DNA of 62,982 nucleotides, filler included, from Conidiobolus incongruus B7586 (Eukaryota): NCBI GenBank assembly GCA_000697335.1. It is 20 parts of 20 records of this genome, joined end to end, with 100 filler letters (N's around TTAATTAATTAA, not from the genome) between each part and the next. Parts side by side here need not be neighbours in the genome. Positions count along the whole stretch, not along the records: positions 29,318 to 42,641 come from JNEM01004061.1; positions 42,742 to 44,153 come from JNEM01004063.1; positions 44,254 to 46,127 come from JNEM01004065.1; positions 46,228 to 47,574 come from JNEM01004066.1; positions 47,675 to 51,383 come from JNEM01004068.1; positions 51,484 to 60,054 come from JNEM01004069.1; 14 more parts are not named here. One strand, 5' to 3'. Shown piece by piece: positions 38,337 to 52,200 of this stretch (position 1 is its first letter; each line of letters starts with the position of its first letter). The notes under the pieces were generated by a model. It saw only the letters and a program-made list of their open reading frames with translations, ran no database searches and was not told where the DNA came from. The position numbers and the translations under genes were made by a program.

Positions 38337-40124
38337 TTATTTCAAATTATTTAAAACAAATATAATTTGATAAAGTATTGGTTCAATGATTCTAAAACTA
38401 TTTACTATTTGACATCGTTTCCATCATAAAAGATCCGCTATTTGTAAATATTATTTAATTAATATATTATAGAAGGATTGATTTAATATTTTTAATCAAT
38501 ATATACTGAATCACTCTTATTGGTTCAAAGCATTAACATTATATCACTAAATTTTGTTTTTTATATGTTTTGGAGTTTTTTTTTAAAATAATAAATAAAA
38601 TTGAAATTTGTAAATTTATATCTTTTTTAATAATTATGAACCTGTATAGATTTACTTAATGGTAATATTTTTCCCATTTATTGGCCTGGTTGTTGTTTCA
38701 TTGAATTTAGGTTGATTCTATAAAATACAAATATAAGATAGTTTTATTTTAATTTACTGATTAATAAATTTTATAATATTTATAATCTTTCTGATATTGT
38801 AAATAGACTGAGTTATTACCTAAGTTGAATATAATCATCAAATATTGCGGTCAAATTCAATATAATATTAATTGTGAAATCTAGGAAATGATCAAAGTTA
38901 GATGTAAAAAAATTAATATTGTTTCATAAAACCATATAAAATGTTTAGAGTATAAAACATAATTTATTATCTAGAAATATAACAAATCAAGATAATTAAT
39001 TGATATGTAATTATCTAATTAAAATACTTCATTTTAATAATGTGTGACAAGTACATGGATTTAGGCGATAATAAATATACTCAAATAGAATAGAGACTCA
39101 ATCAAAGTTACTATTCTTTTGTATGTGACTTTAAGCTTCAAATTGAATATATAAATTAATTTTGTCAAAAAAAGAGAAAATCAACTTTATTGATCATTTA
39201 ATTTTCATTTTAAGATTGGTTACTGAGATGTAACAAATTAATTTCAATGACCAACGGTTCAGTAAATAAAAATCATTTCTAAAGGAAACCTCAATTTTCT
39301 AGGGATATGGTACACACTAGCTTATTTATCATCTTATATTTTAACTTTAATATGTATGTAAATTTCTCTTAATCTCCAAGTAGTCGACAATTATTCAATT
39401 TTCTTCTTCCTATCAAAGTAAATTTAACTACTCTATATGGTCAAAAATGAACTTTAATAATTTTGGATTTCAAAATTAGTAATTATATATTTACATTTGT
39501 ATTCATAATTATAAATCCAATTTTTTATATATTTTAATCTTAATCACAATACAGATTAATTGAATATGGCCCATGGATTAGCAATAAAATCCAAAATAGC
39601 TCAAAATACAGCAAACATTGTATTGAAAATATATTATATTTAGCTTAAAATCACAAAGTATAGATATATATTATCTAAGCTCGGACAATAGAAATATTTA
39701 AATTATCCCTTTCAAACCTGGTTTAAAAAAATATTGGAACACAAAGTGGACTTGAATATAACCTAAATCAGATTTTGAAAAATATTGTTTAAAGTTTTGA
39801 GATTAGTCTTGATAGATTATTATCAACTTATCGATTACATTAAATTAATATATGTCATATTTTGTAAATAAAAATTATTTAATGTTTTCAATAAAATGTT
39901 GAAGCTTTAAACTTAATTAAAAATTTAGAAATGATTTCAAAGCGAAGCTTCTATCAAAACTTGTATATTGACGAGTTGGTTCCTTTAATAATTACCCTTA
40001 ATAGAAATTCCAGTTTTTGAAACAAATAGAAGATTCTTATTAAAAAAATCAAAGTGCTTTATTGATAAAATTTGAAAAGTTTTACATGAAAAATATATGG
40101 CAACTGTCAATATTCAACCAAGCT

Positions 40125-40613
40125 TTAAAAGTGAAATAATGTGCTAACTTCTTCTAACAAAGTGAGAGGATCAGTTTCGTAGACGATGGCACCAAGTTCC
40201 AAAAGATCCTTGGCGGCGGTGTGCTCAAATTCAGTAATATCCTTGAATTCACCGTCGTGGTACTTGGGAGATACTTGCTCCCACCATTCGAGAACCTGTT
40301 CGGCTTGTTCCTCGGAAAGGTTCTGCAAGCGTTGATAAAAATCATAGGACAAATTCAAAGTATTTTGGATATTGTGAACTTCTTCATTTAGTTTTTTGTC
40401 AAACTGCTCCTTGGGAAGCTTGGCCAAATTTTGAATGAAATCGTAGGTTACATCGGAGTTAACCAATGATTTAATGTCGATAGGAGAGGCCAAAGTTAAT
40501 GGTTCATCAACGGAAACATCTTGACTGGAATCAGCTTTAAGATGAAGGTTGGTGGGAAATGCAAAAATAGAGCCACAAGCTAAAAAGGAGGTGAGAACAG
40601 TAGTGACTTTCAT
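40125..40613 (-). CDS. Secreted acidic alpha-helical protein of unknown function, 162 aa
   Basis: Signal peptide MKVTTVLTSFLACGSIFA|FP; shares VDEPLT, LAKLPKE, LNLSYDF.QRLQNLSEEQAEQV.EWW, DLLELG.IVYETDPLTLL.EVSTLF with 37163-37651. Confidence 0.92.
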   Translation of the reverse strand: MKVTTVLTSFLACGSIFAFPTNLHLKADSSQDVSVDEPLTLASPIDIKSLVNSDVTYDFIQNLAKLPKEQFDKKLNEEVHNIQNTLNLSYDFYQRLQNLSEEQAEQVLEWWEQVSPKYHDGEFKDITEFEHTAAKDLLELGAIVYETDPLTLLEEVSTLFHF

Positions 40614-42940
40614 TATAGAATTAAATAATAATGTTTATCAAGGACAATACTTGAGTAAGCTTAAATACTTTTCAGGAACAGTACAATATTCTCATAAATT
40701 ATTAATAAATATTTCATAGATAATTAATAACTGCGATTGAAACTTAAATATTTGGATAAAGATAGAATTAGGAAATATTGAATTGAATAATTTTAAAAAT
40801 GTAGAAGGAACAAGATTTTCAGAAATAAGCTAATCGCAAGTTGTAACTAAAGCATTTGACTAGTTCAAAGAAAATTTTTAATATCTAGTAATATTTTCAA
40901 ATTGATCATTAATTACTATATATATTTTCTTAATTTTTAAACTATATTATAATGAGTTTGATACAAAACTCAATTCAAAAATAATATCAGACAATTTACA
41001 TCCACTAATTTATTAATTAAACTGTTGGATTTTAATAATTTCTTTTATTTTTAAAATATAAAACTATTTTTGATTATAGGCTTTTATATTTTTATTATTA
41101 ATTCATTTACCATTTCAATTATATAACCTGTAATTTTTTCAATTGAGATAATTGAACCAAAATAATGGTTGTGCAAAATCAATTCTTTACTATGTAAGCC
41201 CTGTTAATGAAGTTGCGTTAATTTATTTTTGAAATCAATTTAAAGAAAAAACATTATATGATAATTGTTATAAATGAAAAGTCACTTTAGTTGTAGTTAA
41301 GTTATATTTTATCTTATATTGTATTAATATGTATCAATATTAAAGAAAATAATAAAACAATCAATAATTTATTGTTGTTAATTTTATAAAGGCAAATTTT
41401 GGTTATATTTAGAGTCACTTGATTAAAATATACTAATGTCAAGACTGAAAAATATCCAAGTTAAATAAAATAACAGCTATCATAGCGTTTAAGTCAATGG
41501 TTTATTAGTAAAATGAAAACTGAATATCATATACATTTGTAATTATAAAAATAGGATAAAACGAATTTGGAAACGTAATAATCTATAGTTCCATTTTAAA
41601 ACATATATAATAAAATATGGTAATTTCCAGCAGAAAGATATAATAATATAATATTTTATTAAGAGATATATTTTAGCCACAAAAGTGAAAAAACTGATCA
41701 ATTCATTATGACTAGTAACCATATTTAATGTTAGCAATATTTGAATCAAAATGCTTTATAATTCAAAATTTTCAATGATAATGAATATTCTAAATCTATA
41801 CTATTAACATTAAGTCAAATAAATTTATTGATACTGTCTAAAACTCAATTGACTTCTTAAAACTGATAAAATTTACATTTCTCCGAATTACTCGCTATGT
41901 CGCTGGAATAAAAACATTTGAAATGGATTAGTGTATTTCTCTCAATTCCCAGATTTTCACCGATATTTTATTAATTATTATAAAAAATAGCCTTTTTAAG
42001 AAACAAATTGTGAAATATTTTTCTACAATATGATAAAATAGATATTTGAATTTTATAAGCAGTCATTTAATATCAATAAACTTAATTAATAAAAACATCA
42101 ATCCATAAAATATATTTAATATAATTTTTGATATTATAAAAAATATTTAAAAATTTAAATGTTATTATCTTCCATTATAAATAAATTATATACACTTCAA
42201 TTTTTTTACAAACAGTGACCTGTGTAAGTAGAAGATTCATCAAGTTCATTTGATTAAATCATTTTAAATGGAAGGTGTTTTTGGGAAATAAAGAGTATTA
42301 ATAGCATTAAAATTAAGTAAAGGCAAAATTTCAAAATCAAAATTAAATAAAATTATTATTATAGAATTTAAAAAATTAATACTCTTTATTATTAATAAAT
42401 TTTTACCTTATTTATAGCAAATTTTTAACACTTAAAAGATTTTAATATGAATTGTATTTTAATATTTTTTAAATTAATGAATTTATTTTTAGAAATTTTC
42501 ATATAACCTAATTATTTAATTTAATAACAATAATTATAATTATTCAAGCTATAGTTTGGTTAATATATTACACTTAATAAACTTTTTTAATTATTATTTA
42601 TTAAAAAATCTTTTATAACTTTATATTTTTTAATTTGAAAANNNNNNNNNNNNNNNNNNNNNNNNNNNNNNNNNNNNNNNNNNNNTTAATTAATTAANNN
42701 NNNNNNNNNNNNNNNNNNNNNNNNNNNNNNNNNNNNNNNNNAGAAGGTTTTTATTAAAAATCATAATTTATGAATTTTTTTCAATAACAAATATAGAAAA
42801 ATTTCTTTTATATATTATTTTATTATTGGTATAGAAATTAAGAAATGGCAAATATTTTAATTTCTCATCTTTCAAAAATATTATATATTTTAAAAGATTA
42901 TTAATATATAAAATATATAGGAAAATAAATACTTTCAAAC

Positions 42941-42966
42941 TATATATATATATATATATATATATA
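42941..42966. repeat. (TA)13 microsatellite (other TA runs near 16144, 35960, 52590, 53781)
   Basis: Direct reading of the sequence. Confidence 0.9.
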
Positions 42967-43029
42967 TTCGATTTTAATTATTTTTATTATTAAAATATTT
43001 TGATTTTAAAATTTATACTTAAATTTAAT

Positions 43030-44062
43030 CATGATTAAATAAAATAATAATTATCAAAAGGTATTTATTTTTATATCTTTAAAACTTAATAATTAACTCT
43101 TTAAAATTATCCAAAACTTATAAATAACTTATGGAAATAGTGTTTTATCTAAAACTACCATATATTTCTAAATCTGTGATTTTAAAACTAGAAGGGACAT
43201 TATTTAAATTTTACCAAAATTTAAAAGACTAATTTCTATTATCATTTTTTCATTTACCAATAAAATAAAAATTTTTTTAAGAAATACCCTTTATTTTAAT
43301 TAGAAAACTATCAAAGTATTATAATATTAATTATTCAAGTATATTATATTTACTTAAGTTTAAATTTAGATTAATTAATAAAAATGCAAAATAAATACCT
43401 TATAATTTAATAAAAACCTAAAAAAACTATAGTAATTATAGCTATGCTAAACTTATTAAGATATAACCAAAAACAAGGACTTTTACAACTGATACTTATA
43501 ATTATTAAACCTTAAATTCCTTTATATAATCATTTACTTAAAAATAAAACAAAATATTAGGTTAAGCTAAATTGATCCTTTTTAGAAATTCCAATAAATA
43601 AATACTTTAAATATAAATAATTATTAATTATTATAATGGGTTATAATGATATATGGTTTTTTTATTTAATATCTTTAGGAAAATCAATTAATAATTAAAT
43701 ATATATTATTTTTTTAAATAAAACAATATTTAAGTAGTGCTTTCAATAATATATTAAAGATATCTATCATTTTTCTTAATAATTACAAAATATATAAAAC
43801 TAAAGCTATAAAAGAATTTTTATATAAAAAAATTTAAAAAAATTACCATATTTAGTATATTTACCTAATTATAACCTATATGATTATAATTGTTTTAGAA
43901 AATTAAAAAATCAAGATATAGGAAAAAAAATTCTTATAAACAAATTAATTTAATTTATAAAATATCAAATTTTAGTTATTAATAAAAAGAATTATTTTTT
44001 AAGTATTAAAAGTTTACCCAAAGTAGAAAAAAAGTTATTAATAATAAAAGAGGCTATTAATT
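43030..44062 (+). mobile_element. Degenerate mariner-family (DD34D) transposase relic, best-preserved copy
   Basis: Literal TYGNSVLSKTTIYF*ICDFK HTH, 'aaa aat gca aaa taa ata cct tat aat tta' (KNAKWIPHNL, the WVPHEL motif), and 'gta tat tta cct aat tat aac cta tat gat tat aat tgt ttt' (VYSPDYNPCDYNCF). Confidence 0.87.
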
Positions 44063-46227
44063 TTATATTATATATTAAATTTTATTTATCATTTATTAAT
44101 TTATTTATTTAATTTTAATTTTAAAATTATATTATTATTTAATTATTATTATANNNNNNNNNNNNNNNNNNNNNNNNNNNNNNNNNNNNNNNNNNNNTTA
44201 ATTAATTAANNNNNNNNNNNNNNNNNNNNNNNNNNNNNNNNNNNNNNNNNNNNTTACTTTGATTTATAAAATTATCAATTTTTCATAAAATCAAATAGGA
44301 TAAAATATTAAATTTTTATATTCTATTTATTTGAAAGGAATATATTTTATTAATTATTATAAATATTTTTTTAATTTTATTGATTAATATTATTTGGGTA
44401 AAATATAATATAATTAAATTCAAATCAACTATTATTAATAGGTAAAATTCAATATAAAAATATTTCATCAATTATTTATTTATCTCATTATATTATTCTA
44501 ATATCTTTATCAATTAAATTATTTATTAAATTTGTTAAATATTTTTTATTCATGCAATATTACTAAATCGCGTTTTTGTTTAAGAAATAAAATAAAATTA
44601 ATATTTATAGTTATATGATTTAAAACGATAAAAAGAAAATTTAAATTTTATTTTATCATATTATTAATTAATTCTGACAAAGGATATCTCATTAATTTAG
44701 AATTTTATTTAAAATTCAAAGTTATTGATAAGAAATATAATATGAATTTAATAATATAAAATTTATATGTTTTATATTGAAGATATTTAAAATTTCTTGT
44801 TTCCAATATAAATATTAAAATATTTATTAATAATTAAATTTGAATTTATAAAATTTTTGTAATATTTTTTAAATAAAATAATAAAAAATATATTCATAAT
44901 TTGTAATTTAATTAGAATTATTACAATAATATTTTTTAATCAATATATATAAAGTTATAACTTTAAAAGAAATAAATTTAATTAAAATTCTTATTTTTAT
45001 AATTTTTTATATGATGACTAATTTGATTAAATCAATATATTTTATTTTAAAATTATTAAACTTAATAATATTTAATATGATTAATTAATCAATATCATAT
45101 AATTTTTATACAAATTCATAATTTATTGATATTTATAAAAATCTGAAATATAAAATATAAATAACTAAGATTTCTAAATTCAATCCTTTTAGATCTTATA
45201 TAAGTAAAATTAAATAAATTTTTCATTTATAGATATATAACTAATAGTTAAAAACTTAATATTTCAAATAATTTAATAAATCATGTTAAAAAAATTATTA
45301 ATTATATGTGTTAAGTGCAAATATCATTATAATAGTCATATATTTTTAATTCCTTATATATTCAACTATATTAAAAATAAATATTTTGTTATTAAAGCTA
45401 TTTCCATAATATTATTGAATGATTTCATCTCCTTTGAATTAACAATTTAATTCAATCTCTTATTAGCCATCTAAAGTTATTATCCAAATATAGTTTAATG
45501 TTTATTTGTTGAGAGAGTTAAAGCTTAAACAATGAAAATGTATATTTAATTTTAGTTAAAGATATTAAAACTTTATCATTTTTTTCTCACTAAACATTAT
45601 TTATTTGTATTGTTAAGGTATTACATATCAAATATTAATTTAATACAAAGTCAAGATAATACCAAATATTTATCAACTATGGTTAGCAATATTATCAGTA
45701 CTTTTCATTAATAAACAAAGAAATATTTTATAAATTATTGTCAGTTTTGAGTAAATCTAACAAGAGTAACTGGTATATTAAATCAATATTCTTGATATTA
45801 ATTTATTACATATTTTAAAAATTTATATCTCAAAAAATATATTGGTTCAAATGATTTAAATATTATCTTAAATTATGATTTTTGATTGAATTTAAATATA
45901 TTTATTTTGTTTGATTAATTAATCTTTAAAAGATCAAAGCCAAAAATTTAACAAAGGTAATTGATTAATTTGTAATTTTATAAGGTAAGGTGTGAAAAAT
46001 AAAAAGATATATTTTTATTTTAATTTTATTTTATCATATTTTATAAAATATAATATCAAAAAATTAATATTTTAAATTAAATTAAAATAATGATTAAATC
46101 ATTTAATATAAATATATTTTATATATTNNNNNNNNNNNNNNNNNNNNNNNNNNNNNNNNNNNNNNNNNNNNTTAATTAATTAANNNNNNNNNNNNNNNNN
46201 NNNNNNNNNNNNNNNNNNNNNNNNNNN

Positions 46228-47459
46228 ATATATTAATTAACTTTATAAAAAAAATAAATCATCTTATAATATTACTAGAATTACTAATGTTAGCTAGTTT
46301 ATTATAGCTAAGATTACTAAAAATAATAATAACAATATATTTAAACTTAAACTTAAATATATAAAGATTATAAATAAATATAATAAGAAATATATCTTTA
46401 GGTTAATTAGTTTAGATAAGTATAATATTACTATAAAAATATAATATGAATTATAAGACTATATAAAAATATTAATTAATACTAATATTATTATTTATAC
46501 TTTATATTATCATAGATACCATTTATATTTAAAAAAATACCCTTAACTAAAAAAATCTTATTATAAAGCTAAGCAAGAATTTAAATATTATTATTAATTT
46601 TATATTAAAACCAATTAGAGTAAGGTAATTTAATTTAATAAAATAAAAATATACCTTAGTAAATTTATTAAAAAAGCTGGATATTTTAAAAAAGATACAA
46701 ATTTATTTAATGACCATTATGCTAATTTTACACAAAAATATAATAATAGGTTAACTATTATTTAAAGATAAATATTATCTTTAATTATAAGATATCTTTA
46801 TAAACTTAATAATGGAATTAATATTAAAATATATTAGAGTATTTTGAATAATAAATTGAAAAAAACATTGAATAATATAAGTTAAACAAATTTAATATTA
46901 TTTTCTAATAACCAAATGCATTTTATTATATTATAACTTTTATTACCAGATAAATTAAAAATAATAAGATAATAGCTATAAAGTAGCTTTTTTAATTTCT
47001 TAATCTTAATTTAATTAAATACCTTGAGAATTAGTTAAAGAAAGTATTTAAGTTTTTTCTCTAGCAAAAGATTTAGATTAGTTTTAAGAATATATTTAAG
47101 AATATATTTAAAAATATATTGAAGTAATATAGAATAAAATTAACCCTTCTTAATATAAAATGTTAATTGATTTTATAACCTATAAATTTAAAGAGATTAA
47201 AAAAGCTAAAGATAGATACACTTATTTATAATTTTTTTAATTATCAAAAATCCTTAAATTTATAATTTATCTTAGATAAAATTTAAAAATTAATATTTTA
47301 ACTAATTAATAGTTGAATATTATAATTTAATGATTTATACTATTAATAAATATAATAAACTTTAATTATTTAACTTAAGTTGATTTTATTAGATATGGAT
47401 TAAGTTATTAGAAAAATATAAGTGTTTTTTGTTCTATAACTTACTTTTATAAATTAGTA
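46228..47459 (+). mobile_element. Degenerate Tc1-family transposon (5' end in gap, right TIR present)
   Basis: Collinear with the 47700-49268 and 61345-62907 copies; ends ...ctataacttacttttataaattagta|ta. Confidence 0.85.
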
Positions 47460-47699
47460 TATTTATTTATTAATAAATTATTTATAAAAAAAATTTATAA
47501 AGAGGGTTAATTAAACTTAATTTAGTATATTAATTCAAGTCTTAAAAAAATTATATAAATATATTTAAGTTTTANNNNNNNNNNNNNNNNNNNNNNNNNN
47601 NNNNNNNNNNNNNNNNNNTTAATTAATTAANNNNNNNNNNNNNNNNNNNNNNNNNNNNNNNNNNNNNNNNNNNNTAAACTAATATTTTATAACAAGATA

Positions 47700-49268
47700 T
47701 ATTAATTTATAAAAGTGAGTCATAAAATCAAATATATATATATATTTTAATTAATAACTAAAACCATTATATATATTAAATTATTAGAAATTATAATATG
47801 TAAATAAAGTATATTATTTGATGATAAATAAATATATTTAGTTATAATTAGTAAATTATTGGTAAAAATATTAACCTTTAATATTTAACTAAAGTGAGTT
47901 ATAAATTTAAAGGTTTTTGAGATAAAGGGATATATTTAACAATATATAATCATTTCTTTTCTTGCTTTGTTATTATTTTATATAATATTTTATTAATATA
48001 ATAAATTTTTTTATTAATATCATTATATTTAAATTCTTCTTTAAAAAAATTTATTTATATATCAATTACCTCTATCAAAAAGATAAATTAACTTATGATA
48101 TTGTTAAAATTACTAATGTTAGTTAGTTTACTATAGTTAAAGCTATTAAGAATAATAATAAAAATATATTTAAACTTAAACTTAAATATGTTAAGATTAT
48201 TAATAAATATTATAAGAGGTATATTTATAGGTTGGTTAAAATAAGCAAATATAATATTATTATAGAAATATAATAGGAATTATAAAATTATATTAGAATA
48301 TTAGTTAATATTAATACTATTCTATATACTTTATATTAACATAAATATCACTTATATTTTAAAAAAAACACCCCTAACTAAAAAAATCCTATTATAAAAT
48401 TAAATGGGAGTTTAAATGTTATTATTAGTATTGAATTAAAACTAATTAGAGTAAGGTTATTTAATTTAATAAAATAAAAATATATTTTAGTAAATTTAAT
48501 AAAAAAGTTAAATACTTTAGAAAAAATATAAAACTATTTTATAACTATTATGATAATTTTACCTAAAAGTATAATAATAAGTTAACTATTATTTAGGGAT
48601 ATATGTTATTTTTAAGTATAAATTATCTGTATAAAGTTAATAAAAGAATTAATATTAAGAAATACTAAAGTATTTTATATAATAAATTAAAAAAAAACTA
48701 TTGAAGAATATAGGTTAAATAAATTTTATTTTATTTTTTCATAAAATATTACCTCTTATTTTATTATAGCTTTTACTATTAAATAGCTTAAAAATAACAA
48801 AATAATAGTTATAAAATAGCCTCTTTAATTTTCTAACCTTAATTTAATTAAATATCTTTAAGATTAGTTAAAAAAAGCTATTAAAGCTTTCCCATTAATA
48901 AAAGATTTAATTTAGCTTTAGGAATATATTTAAGAAGCATAAAATAAGATTAACCCTTTTTAGTATAAAAAATTAATTGATTCTATACCCTACAAACTTA
49001 AAGAAGTTAGAAATTTAACAGTAAATACACTAGGGTTTAATTTTTTTTTCATCAAAAACCCACAAATTTATAACTTATCTTAGATAAAATTTAAAGGTTT
49101 TTATTTTAGCCAATTAATAACTAAATATTATTATTCAAGGATATATATTATTAATAAATTTAATTGATTTTAATTATTTAATATAAGTCTATTTTATTAA
49201 TTATTAATCAAGTTATTAGTAAAAATATAAGTATTTTTGATTTTATAACTTATTTTTGTAGGTTAATT
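47700..49268 (+). mobile_element. Full-length (~1.57 kb) degenerate Tc1-family transposon
   Basis: Left TIR tattaatttataaaagtgagtcataaaatc, internal DR aaagtgagttataaattt, right TIR gattttataacttatttttgtaggttaat; relic K*LKNNKIIVIK*PL*...LIDSIPYKLKEVR. Confidence 0.88.
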
Positions 49269-52200
49269 TATTATTATGAAAATGGAAACATATTTATTAT
49301 TATCAATTAATTATTAGTTGTTTAAGTAATAAAATTTTATTAACATTAATGCTATCTATAAAAGTAAAATCTAAAAATCATCATTAGAAAATATGATTTA
49401 TTATTTTTAATAGATAACTCAAATCTAATTTAATAAACTAAATTAAAAAATAATTATTTGAGTTTTAACAAAATAAAGTTCTTTGTAAGTGATTTAATTT
49501 ATTAAAATAGATTTAAGTTTTTAAATAAGTTTAAAGATTTTTTAGACAGAATAGAAGAATTTATTAGTAAAATCAATATGAAATATTTATAAAATTAAAT
49601 TAAAATCATAATCATAAATTTAATAAGATATATTAAGTTATATTAAAGAAAATATATTAAAGATATATATATAACATAATTAATAATACCTTAAATTTAA
49701 AAAAGTCTAAATATTTGGTTTATTTAAATTAATACTTAAGTTTTGATTTTATCTATCTAATATAATTATTATTATTAGAAATGAATTAATTGAATTAAAT
49801 TAAAAGGATATAATATAACTATTAATAAAATAATTTAATTAATTTAAATTAAATATTTTAATTATCTTAAAAAATAAAAAAATTAACAAATTCATGACAC
49901 GTCTTAAAAAATAAATATACTTAATAATCTCTAATAAAACAAATTTAAAACTATCAAACTTTGTTATATTAAATAAAATAATAATTAAAATTAAAGATAA
50001 TTTAATCTAATTGAAAATTATATATAGATATAATGATAATAACTATAATAATTTTCAAATTATTAAATTAAATAATTTAATTATAATAGTTATATCTAAT
50101 ATATAATATAATAAGTTAACAATATAAGAAAAAACTTACCTAATAAAAAATAAGGGATATTTTTAATATAAAGAAACTAATCAACTGTATTTTCATTTTA
50201 AAATATATCATAAGAATCTTAACATAAGAAAATATAAAGAAAATAATAATATAACAATTATAACCAAGAGTATTAACTATTATCATTATAATTAAGCTAT
50301 TGAGAAAATAAAAAAATTAAGAATATAAGTGTTGTACTATATAATTATAAAATTATATTAAAATTAATTAAAACTAAAAAGATAATTAATTAGTTAAAAA
50401 CCAACTCAAGTTTTAATATATATATTAATTATAACTATTTTAATTTAAATAAAAAATTATTAAATTTTTTAAATATATTTAAAGATATTATTAATAAAAA
50501 ATCAACATATATTTTGTTTAATTTAAAATATACTAAAAAAATATTTAATTAGTTATTAGTAAAATAATTTAACTAGAAATACCAACATACTAATATTATA
50601 ATATATAATATTAATACCATATCTTAAATATCTTCTAATATTTTTTTGCTATTTTTTATTAATCTTAAATTATAAAAAAAGGTTTATTTTATTATAGGCT
50701 TTATTAATTATAATATAATTCTTAAAATAAATTAGCTTTAAAATTATTTCTTTATTATTATAAATAAAAAACTAAGTAACAAATATATAACTATATTTGA
50801 TTATTATAGTTTTACTATCAAACTTATAATAAATACTAAACAAAACAAATCCTTCAAGAATAAATTTATCTAAAATATTATTATTTCCAAATAAAATTTT
50901 ATTAAGTTAGTTAAAGATAAACTTAAAAAACAAGATTAATTTATTTCAATAATATAGTAATTTTTATTTTATTTAAAAATCTGAAAGATATTATTCAGAA
51001 ATTTAATCTTTTATATAATATTAAAATCAAATATAATAATATTATTAAAGTCTTAACTTTATTACCATTAAAAAAATATATTATAAAATTAAACTGATTT
51101 TTAATATAAAACCATTATAAAAATTTCATTATCACTTTTTATAAGACTAATAAAAACCCTTTATAAAAAAATTAAAAAGATATTGAATTTAAGTTTTATG
51201 TATTTATTTAAAAGCTTATTAAATCAATAGTTATTTTTATAAAGAATTTTTATAAAAGATATAGATTTATATAAATAATAGAGTTTGAAATAATAAGACA
51301 ATTGAAGTTAAATCTATATTATTAAACTTATAAATAATTAAAAAACAATTTCTAGATATTAAGTATTTTACTAAAATAAACTTNNNNNNNNNNNNNNNNN
51401 NNNNNNNNNNNNNNNNNNNNNNNNNNNTTAATTAATTAANNNNNNNNNNNNNNNNNNNNNNNNNNNNNNNNNNNNNNNNNNNNAAATAATATAAAATTTA
51501 ATATATTTCATTAATAATAATGATAATGTAAAATCGTAAAAAATAATAATAATTAAAGATAATCACAAAACCTTAATAAAATATTAAAAAAAACTATATA
51601 TATTACCTATATTAACTTTATTCTTAAAAATGAATTTACTTTAGAATTTTAATTATTTCAAAGTTTAAAAGAGAATAAAAGTATAAATTTTATATATAAT
51701 TCTAGAAAACTAGTTCTTTAATTAATTTAATATATTCTATAATATTGACATTAATAATTGATAAAATTTTGAATTATATTATCGTATTTTATATTTTTAA
51801 TAAATTAAATAAAATAATAAATTCTTTTTATAATAATTGTCGAATATATCAGCCTTAATCAATTTATTAAATACTTTAGTTGAGTTCTTTTGCATATCAA
51901 TTTTTTATATTTTAAGAATTATTTAGAATATAATATTAGTACTATAGAATTTAAAAAATATATCATAATTATACTATCAATATTAGAAAATATTAGAATA
52001 TATCAATTAAATAATTAGAATAAAATATATATTAAAAAATGTAAATAATATAATAAAAAAAGAATTAGAGGTTTTATAATTATATCGAATCCATATATGT
52101 TATTTATTAATTAAAGGTATAATCTAAAAAATGATAAATCATATCTGTAGTATATAAAGGAATTTTCAAGTATTGAACATGGATGAATATAATTATTAAT

